A stretch of DNA of 64,000 nt. It comes from Macrostomum hystrix. Lineage: Eukaryota; Animalia; Platyhelminthes. Below the pieces are notes generated by a model. It was not told the DNA's origin. It saw only the letters and a list, made by a program, of their open reading frames with translations, and did not search any database. A program made the position numbers and the translations under genes. Numbering within the stretch: the stretch's first letter is position 1; every line of letters begins with the position of its first letter. The DNA lies in NCBI GenBank assembly GCA_950097015.1, contig CATNEN010000007.1, positions 6,510,001 through 6,574,000 of the forward strand, given 5' to 3'. Shown here one piece after another: positions 55,801 through 64,000 of the stretch.

Positions 55801-58800
55801 TAGCCATAGACAGTGGACTAGCAGTAGTCATAGACAGTGGACTAGCAGTAGCCATAGACAGTGGACTAGCAGTAGCCATAGACAGTGGACTAGCAGTAGC
55901 CATCGACAGTGGACTAGCAGTAGCCATAGACAGTGGACTAGCAGTAGCCATAGACAGTGGACTAGCAGTAGTCATAGACAGTGGACTAGCAGTAGCCATA
56001 GACAGTGGACTAGCAGTAGCCATAGACAGTGGACTAGCAGTAGCCATAGACAGTGGACTAGCAGTAGTCATAGACAGTGGACTAGCAGTAGCCATAGACA
56101 GTGGACTAGCAGTAGCCATAGACAGTGGACTAGCAGTAGCCATAGACAGTGGACTAGCAGTAGTCATAGACAGTGGACTAGCAGTAGCCATAGACAGTGG
56201 ACTAGCAGTAGCCATAGACAGTGGACTAGCAGTAGCCATAGACAGTGGACTAGCAGTAGCCATAGACAGTGGACTAGCAGTAGCCATAGACAGTGGACTA
56301 GCAGTAGCCATAGACAGTGGACTAGCAGTAGCCATAGACAGTGGACTAGCAGTAGCCATAGACAGTGGACTAGCAGTAGCCATAGACAGTGGACTAGCAG
56401 TAGCCATAGACAGTGGACTAGCAGTAGCCATAGACAGTGGACTAGCAGTAGCCATAGACAGTGGACTAGCAGTAGTCATAGACAGTGGACTAGCAGTAGC
56501 CATAGACAGTGGACTAGCAGTAGCCATAGACAGTGGACTAGCAGTAGCCATAGACAGTGGACTAGCAGTAGCCATAGACAGTGGACTAGCAGTAGCCACA
56601 GACAGTGGACTAGCAGTAGTCATATGTACTTCACAGCTAGTGTAAATAGCCGTAGACCAAGAATAGTTAAGTAGAAGCAGCCCAGAACTAAATTCCCAAT
56701 TTCCCCGATCCCTTTTTGGATCTTCCAGTACGCTGGCCCCAGCCACGCTGCCAGCGAGTACTCATACATCGAAACATACAACATCGTGGACCAGACAGAG
56801 CGCTGTCGCAGCCTGCAGGTCGACCTGCTGCGAGAGGCTGGACTGAGCCACGGCTACAGCTACTGGAACCGCAGCGCAATCCTGCAGCTGCAGCCGACAA
56901 TCTTGTCAGCGGATGAGCCGCACAGATACCAGGGCGTCTTTACCTGCCACATCGCCAGCTGCTTCGATCGCAAGTCCACCGTCAAGCGGGTCACTTTGAA
57001 GAGTGAGTTTAGAAACTGAATTTGTTCTGAGCTTACAGAATTGCGCTTGCGATCCTCCCGATCCACAGACCGTGCGGATAATCGTTTATCGTTAATAATT
57101 GATGCTAACTTTCAGGGGAGTACCACTTCCAGGCCAACATGCCGCCAAACAGTCAGGAGGTGGTGCTCGACAGCCAGCTCAATGTGCACTGCGCCGTGGT
57201 GAACCCGGGCAATCCGCCGCCTCAGATCAGATGGTACGAGGGCAACCGGCCACTGGACAGTGAGTGCCCCCTGCCTGACTGTCCCGCCTCATGCACCTTC
57301 CCTTCTCCGCCTCTCCCTTCCATTCTCCGTCTCTCCCTTCCTTTCTCCCACTCTTCCTTCCTTTCTCCCACTCTTCCTTCCCTTCTCCGTCTCTTCCTTC
57401 CCTTCTCCCACTCTTCCTTCCTTTCTCCCACTCTTCCTTCCCTTCTCCCCCTCTTCCTTCCCTTCTCCCCCTCTTCCTTCCCTTCTCGGTCTCTTCCTTC
57501 CTTTCTCCCACTCTTCCTTCCCTTCTCCGTCTCTTCCTTCCCTTCTCCCACTCTTCCTTCCCTTCTCCCCCTCTTCCTTACTTTCTCCGTCTCTTCCTTA
57601 CTTTCTCCCACTCTTCCTTCCCTTCTCCCCCTCTTCCTTCCCATCTCCGTCTCTCCCTTCCCTCATCCGTCTCTCGCATAGTCACACTGTTTTGAGTCGC
57701 ACAGTCACCGCCTCTCCTCCCGCCCCGCCGCAGGCTTCAAAGTGGAAATGTACCGGCCTGATGCGAGTCCGCCGCAGCGCATCGCCCAATTCGCCAACGC
57801 CACATTGCGAATCGCCAAGGTGCTGAAAACCGACCAGAACTTCCTGTGCGCCGTGGACGGCAGCCGGTCGGCTACGCTGAACTTGAACATCCGCCTGCCC
57901 GCCACGGTGCATCCGTTTGAACCGGCCCGCATCGAGGTGCCCGTCGGCAGCAGCCGCAAGGTGCAGTGCAAGGTCGAAGGCGATTGGCCGAACACAGTCC
58001 ACTGGTTCGGCAAGTTCCAGGCCTCCGGCAACGTCAGGTGCAACCTGTCCTCCGAGTTCCAGTACGAGCTGCTTCCGGCCTGTTCAAAGTCTTTGGCCGC
58101 CCTGGACGGCGGCCCGGCGGCGCAGATCCGCGTGACTGGCGACACACTGCAGTTCGTGAGCGTCAGTCAGGGCCTGCGGGGCGAGTACAGCTGCTTGGCC
58201 ACCAACCGGTTCAGCCGGAAGGCCAGCGAGCAGAGCTTCGAAGTCCTGGTTGTCGAGCCGCCCAGCATCGTCAGGTCGCTCCAGCTGACCGACCGCGGCC
58301 ACGAGTCGCTGACGCTGCAGTGGGAGGCGCCGGCGAGCAGCGGGCACAAGAGCATCCTGCACTACACCATTCAGTTTCAAAGCGCCGATGGTTCGCGAAG
58401 GTCGCTGAATGTGAGCGAGCTGGACCGCAAGTACACGGTGACCGGCCTGCAGCCCGGCTTCAGCTACGACTTCGCCGTCTCCGCCGTTAACAGCGTCGGC
58501 GCAGGGCCAGCCGAGCACTGCAGCGGCACCACCAGGGAGCGGCCGCCGTCCGGGCCGGCGCGCAGCCTCCGAGTGCGCGCCGTCGGCTCGGCCGGCCTCG
58601 AGCTGGTCTGGGACGAGCCAGATGTGATGCTGAGGAACGGCTTCATCACCAACTACTCTGTGCACTTTCGCGACGTCTCCGCCGGCGCGCTGACGGACTG
58701 CCCGGACGACGCATCCGTGGCTTCTGGCGGCTTTCAAATGGCGCTGCGCTGTCCGAGCCTGAGGGCAGTCATCGGCGTCGGCGACTCCGTGGCGCAGTGC

Positions 58801-61800
58801 CGCAACGCCAGCGTCGCACTGCGCGCCTTCACCGACTACCAGATCCGCGTGACGCCGGCCAACGCGGTCGGCAACGGGCCGCCCGCCTGCGCTGTGGCGC
58901 GCACTCTTGAGGCCAGTGAGTGCTGGCAACAAATTAAATATGCTCATATTCGAAACGTCTACTTTCAGTAGCTAGTGTGAGTAAAAACTCGTAAATTGAA
59001 TGCCCACCTTAACATTCCATCCAGCCCCAAGATTGCCGCCGCGCCAAGTCCGCTGCACGCCTAAAAACCGCAGCCAGATTCTCGTCACCTGGATCGAGCC
59101 CGACTTCGGCAGCGTCAACGGGGATGTCGAGAAGTATCACGTGCAGTACATGCCGGCTAGGAGCTTCAGGACCGAAGGTAGCCACTGGAGTTTCTAAAAA
59201 TACTACTATAAGTAGGCAAGTAGCGAGTTTAAACAATGATTTTTATTCGGCACCAAAAACTTTTGCACAGACGAGACGCAAGCAAAGGAGGCGGACGCAG
59301 CCGGGCACAGCCGGTCGCTGCTCATCGAGGACCTTCAGCCGTACACCGAGTACGCCTTTGCCGTGTCCGTCTCCAACCGGCGTGGCAGGTCGCCCCGCGC
59401 CCTACCACCCGCTATCTGCCGCACCGAGCCGGCGCCGCCGGAGCCGCCGTCGACGCCGCGCGTCCTTGGCGCCAACGCCAGCCGGGTCGTGGTCTCCTGG
59501 CGCCAGACTGCCAGCCCGAATGGCCGCCTGCAGGCCTACCAGCTGTCCGTGCAGCGGCTGAACGGCTCCCGTCCAGCCAGTGAAGCGCCCCGGTTGCTTA
59601 GCAACAACTTAACAGATGAGCCGAGGCGGCACTACGAGCGGCTGGCTGTGGACGGACTGGACCCGGGTGGCAGCTACGAGTTCAAGGTGCGCGGAGTCAG
59701 CGTCGGCGGGGGCGTCGGCCGGTTCAGCGAGCCAGTCAGGCTGACTCTGACTGATCGACGTGAGTTGACCAGTCATTGACCAGTGCTTCCACTGACCCAG
59801 TGCTTCCATTGACCCAGTGCTTCCACTGACCCAGTGCTTCCACTGACCCAGTGCTTCCACTGACCCAGTGCTTCCACTGACCCAGTGCTTCCACTGACCC
59901 AGTGCTTCCATTGACCCAGTGCTTCCACTGACCCAGTCATTGACCCAGTGCTTCCCCTGACCCAGTCATTGACCCAGTGCTTCCACTGACCCAGTCACTG
60001 ACCCAGTGCTTCTACTGACCCAGTGCTTCCACTGACGCAGTGCTTCCACTGACCCAGTGCTTCCACTGACGCAGTGCTTCCACTGACCCAGTGCTTCCAC
60101 TGACCCAGTGCTTCCATTGACCCAGTGCTTCCATTGACCCAGTGCTTCCATTGACCCAGTCATTGACCCAGTGCTTCCACTGACCCAGTGCTTCCATTGA
60201 CCCAGTGCTTCCATTGCCCAGTGCTTCCATTGACCCAGTCATTGACCCAGTGCTTCCACTGACCCAGTGCTTCCACTGACCCAGTGCTTCCACTGACCCA
60301 GTGCTTCCACTGACCCAGTGCTTCCACTGACCCAGTGCTTCCACTGACCCAGTGCTTCCACTGACGCAGTGCTTCCATTGCCCAGTGCTTCCATTGACCC
60401 AGTGCTTCCATTGCCCAGTGCTTCCATTGCCCAGTGCTTCCATTGACCCAGTGCTTCCATTGCCCAGTGCTTCCATTGACCCAGTCATTGACCCAGTGCT
60501 TCCACTGACCCAGTGCTTCCACTGACCCAGTGCTTCCACTGACCCAGTGCTTCCACTGACCCAGTGCTTCCACTGACCGAGTGCTTCCATTGCCCAGTGC
60601 TTCCATTGCCCAGTGCTTCCATTGCCCAGTGCTTCCATTGCCCAGTGCTTCCATTGACCCAGTGCTTCCATTGCCCAGTGCTTCCATTGCCCAGTGCTTC
60701 CATTGCCCAGTGCTTCCATTGACCCAGTGCTTCCATTGACCCAGTGCTTCCACTGACGCAGTGCTTCCACTGACCCAGTGCTTCCATTGCCCAGTGCTTC
60801 CATTGCCCAGTGCTTCCATTGCCCAGTGCTTCCATTGCCCAGTGCTTCCATTGCCCAGTGCTTCCATTGCCCAGTGCTTCCATTGCCCAGTGCTTCCATT
60901 GCCCAGTGCTTCCATTGCCCAGTCATTGACCCAGTGCTTCCATTGACCCAGTCATTGACCCAGTGCTTCCATTGACCCAGTCATTGACCCAGTGCTTCCA
61001 TTGACCCAGTGCTTCCATTGACCCAGTGCTTCCATTGCCCAGTGCTTCCATTGCCCAGTGCTTCCATTGCCCAGTCATTGACCCAGTGCTTCCATTGACC
61101 CAGTCATTGACCCAGTGCTTCCATTGACCCAGTCATTGACCCAGTGCTTCCATTGACCCAGTGCTTCCACTGACGCAGTGCTTCCATTGCCCAGTGCTTC
61201 CATTGACCCAGTGCTTCCATTGCCCAGTGCTTCCATTGCCCAGTGCTTCCATTGACCCAGTGCTTCCATTGCCCAGTGCTTCCATTGACCCAGTCATTGA
61301 CCCAGTGCTTCCACTGACCCAGTGCTTCCACTGACCCAGTGCTTCCACTGACCCAGTGCTTCCACTGACCCAGTGCTTCCACTGACCCAGTGCTTCCACT
61401 GACCGAGTGCTTCCACTGACCCAGTGCTTCCACTGACGCAGTGCTTCCATTGCCCAGTGCTTCCATTGCCCAGTGCTTCCATTGCCCAGTGCTTCCATTG
61501 CCCAGTGCTTCCATTGACCCAGTGCTTCCATTGCCCAGTGCTTCCATTGCCCAGTGCTTCCATTGCCCAGTGCTTCCATTGACCCAGTGCTTCCATTGAC
61601 CCAGTGCTTCCATTGCCCAGTGCTTCCATTGCCCAGTGCTTCCATTGCCCAGTGCTTCCATTGACCCAGTGCTTCCATTGACCCAGTGCTTCCACTGACG
61701 CAGTGCTTCCACTGACCCAGTGCTTCCATTGCCCAGTGCTTCCATTGCCCAGTGCTTCCATTGCCCAGTGCTTCCATTGCCCAGTGCTTCCATTGCCCAG

Positions 61801-63773
61801 TGCTTCCATTGCCCAGTGCTTCCATTGCCCAGTCATTGACCCAGTGCTTCCATTGACCCAGTCATTGACCCAGTGCTTCCATTGACCCAGTCATTGACCC
61901 AGTGCTTCCATTGACCCAGTGCTTCCATTGACCCAGTGCTTCCATTGCCCAGTGCTTCCATTGCCCAGTGCTTCCATTGCCCAGTCATTGACCCAGTGCT
62001 TCCATTGACCCAGTCATTGACCCAGTGCTTCCATTGACCCAGTCATTGACCCAGTGCTTCCATTGACCCAGTGCTTCCATTGACCCAGTGCTTCCATTGA
62101 CCCAGTGCTGACCCAGTGCTGACCCAGTGGTTTCACGGCATTCTCAGCGCTCTCTCGCTTCCTTTCAGCGCCGCCGCACATCGTGTCGTTCCCGCACACA
62201 TTCCACGTCGACCGCAACGCCAGCGTCATGCTGGACTGCGAGGTGGTCGGCGTCGGCACCGGGCAGCCAAAGTGGAAATTCCCACCGGTCGAGTGAGTGA
62301 TCGATTGTGTTCGAAATCCCTTATTCACAGGTCTGATCCGACTTAATCCCCAGTCCTGAGGTTTGATCCTTCATAATCCCTAGTCCTGAGGCTTGATCCT
62401 ACATAATCCCTAGTCCTGAGGCTTGATCCTACATAATCCCTAGTCCTGAGGTTTGATCCTTCATAATCCCTAGTCCTGAGGTTTGATCCTACATAATCCC
62501 TAGTCCTGAGGTTTGATCCTTCATAATCCCTAGTCCTGAGGTTTGATCCTAGATAATCACTGATCCCCAGGTTTGATCCTAGATAATCACTGATCCCCAG
62601 GTTTGATCCTAGATAATCACTGATCCCCAGGTTTGATCCTAGATAATCACTGATCCCCAGGTTTGATCCTAGATAATCACTGATCCCCAGGTTTGATCCT
62701 AGATAATCACTGATCCCCAGGTTTGATCCTAGATAATCACTGATCCCCAGGTTTGATCCTAGATAATCACTGATCCCCAGGTTTGATCCTACATAATCAC
62801 TGATCCCCAGGTTTGATCCTACATAATCACTGATCCCCAGGTTTGATCCTAGATAATCACTGATCCCCAGGTTTGATCCTAGATAATCACTGATCCCCAG
62901 GTTTGATCCTAGATAATCACTGATCCCCAGGTTTGATCCTACATAATCACTGATCCCCAGGTTTGATCCTAGATAATCACTGATCCCCAGGTTTGATCCT
63001 AGATAATCACTGATCCCCAGGTTTGATCCTAGATAATCACTGATCCCCAGGTTTGATCCTACATAATCACTGATCCCCAGGTTTGATCCTAGATAATCAC
63101 TGATCCCCAGGTTTGATCCTAGATAATCACTGATCCCCAGGTTTGATCCTAGATAATCACTGATCCCCAGGTTTGATCCTAGATAATCACTGATCCCCAG
63201 GTTTGATCCTAGATAATCACTGATCCCCAGGTTTGATCCTAGATAATCACTGATCCCCAGGTTTGATCCTAGATAATCACTGATCCCCAGGTTTGATCCT
63301 AGATAATCACTGATCCCCATGTTTGATCCTAGATAATCACTGATCCCCAGGTTTGATCCTAGATAATCCCATGTCCTGAGGTTTGATCCTACATAATCCC
63401 TAGTCCTGAGGTTTGATCTTTCATAATCCCTAGTCCTGAGGTTTGATCTTTCATAATCCCTAGTCCTGAGGTTTGATCCTACATAATCACTGATCCCCAG
63501 GTTTGATCCTAGATAATCCCATGTCCTGAGGTTTGATCCTACATAATCACTGATCCCCAGGTTTGATCCTACATAATCCCAGACCCTCTAAATTTGACCT
63601 CCAAAAATCATCCATCTCCTCACACCCGTCTGCTCAATCCAGCCCGCCGCCGATCGAGTCCCTTAGCAACGGCTCCCTGCTGATTAAGCGAGTCCTGCAC
63701 GACGGAGAGTTCAGTTGCAGGGCTGGGCAGCACGATGACGCTGACTCGATCACCTACACAGTGAAGGCTGTCA
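46824..63773 (+). CDS. Dscam-like Ig/FN3 receptor, right copy (continues beyond window). Exons ~46824-46926, 48268-48672, 51743-52408, 53027-53353, 53601-53933, 54725-55019, 55311-55572, 56729-57002, 57116-57259, 57734-58915, 59025-59177, 59271-59759, 62169-62292, 63643-63773
   Basis: A signal peptide, a long Ig array, four FN3 domains and then another Ig domain (PPHIVSFPHTFHVDRNASVMLDCEVVG...GEFSC). Ig(n)-FN3x4-Ig is the Dscam arrangement. Splice phases are consistent. Confidence 0.85.
55606..56624. repeat. Paralogous intronic minisatellite in the right copy
   Basis: Same unit as 14379-15397. Confidence 0.9.
59768..62128. repeat. Complex intronic satellite of 17/16/12-bp units (TGACCCAGTGCTTCCAC, TGCCCAGTGCTTCCAT, TGACCCAGTCAT)
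   Basis: Directly visible, with higher-order block duplication. Confidence 0.95.
62345..63580. repeat. 30-bp intronic minisatellite (GTTTGATCCTAGATAATCACTGATCCCCAG)
   Basis: About 41 units, with two subtypes (edges vs core). Confidence 0.95.
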
Positions 63774-64000
63774 GTAAGTGCCATTGTCTTAACTAGCCAA
63801 CTCCTAATTGATTCCAAATCTAAATACTTTCACCCGTAACCCATTTGGCTCATTGCAGATCGAGACGCGAAAAGTGAGTCCCACCTGGCCATGGACTCGG
63901 AGTTCGATTTCATGATTTGCTCTGCCCGAACTGCCTCTCCGAATTTCAACACATTTCCGCCACTACTCTTACTAGAATTGCATCCGCCCTTTCCTCATAT

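Noticed and set aside
1778-58577. Duplication as a haplotype/assembly artifact
   Set aside because: The templated filler at the junction, structured indels and clustered substitutions argue that it is real. Raw-read confirmation is still needed.
6441-63773. Arthropod-style mutually exclusive Dscam exon clusters
   Set aside because: Each Ig exon occurs once per gene copy. The repetition is a whole-segment duplication.

Overview
Eukaryotic (animal) genomic DNA. The GC-rich exons and satellite-filled introns resemble a flatworm such as Macrostomum; this is an inference, not verified. The core is a divergent gene pair: an axonemal outer-arm dynein heavy chain (DNAH5/8-like, - strand, 5' exons at 512-2332) and a Dscam-like Ig/FN3 receptor (+ strand). 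A ~15.6 kb segment (1778-17366) has been tandemly duplicated. The left Dscam-like copy (6441-17397) is cut off after the first FN3 domain, with an in-frame stop in the junction DNA and a copy-specific AATAAA, so it may encode a secreted form. The right copy (46824 to >63773) continues with Dscam architecture. In the right-hand unit the dynein promoter region (equivalent to 2405-5254) is replaced by ~26 kb of three head-to-tail non-autonomous Helentron/Helitron2-like elements (A 18197-23658, B 23664-31310, C 31311-44037). Each has a 5' IR, a 3' subterminal IR, a hairpin and a CTAG end, and CTAG|TT occurs at the start of each element and at the right end of the cluster. Their cargo looks like RNA-binding/germ-granule gene pieces: RGG + CCHC + RS exons, a possible RRM-like micro-exon, and a stand-alone eLOTUS ORF. 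Nested inside are a 5'-truncated RTE LINE and a full-length Ty3/Gypsy element with a clear -1 frameshift signal. Most introns of the Dscam-like gene carry their own tandem repeat.
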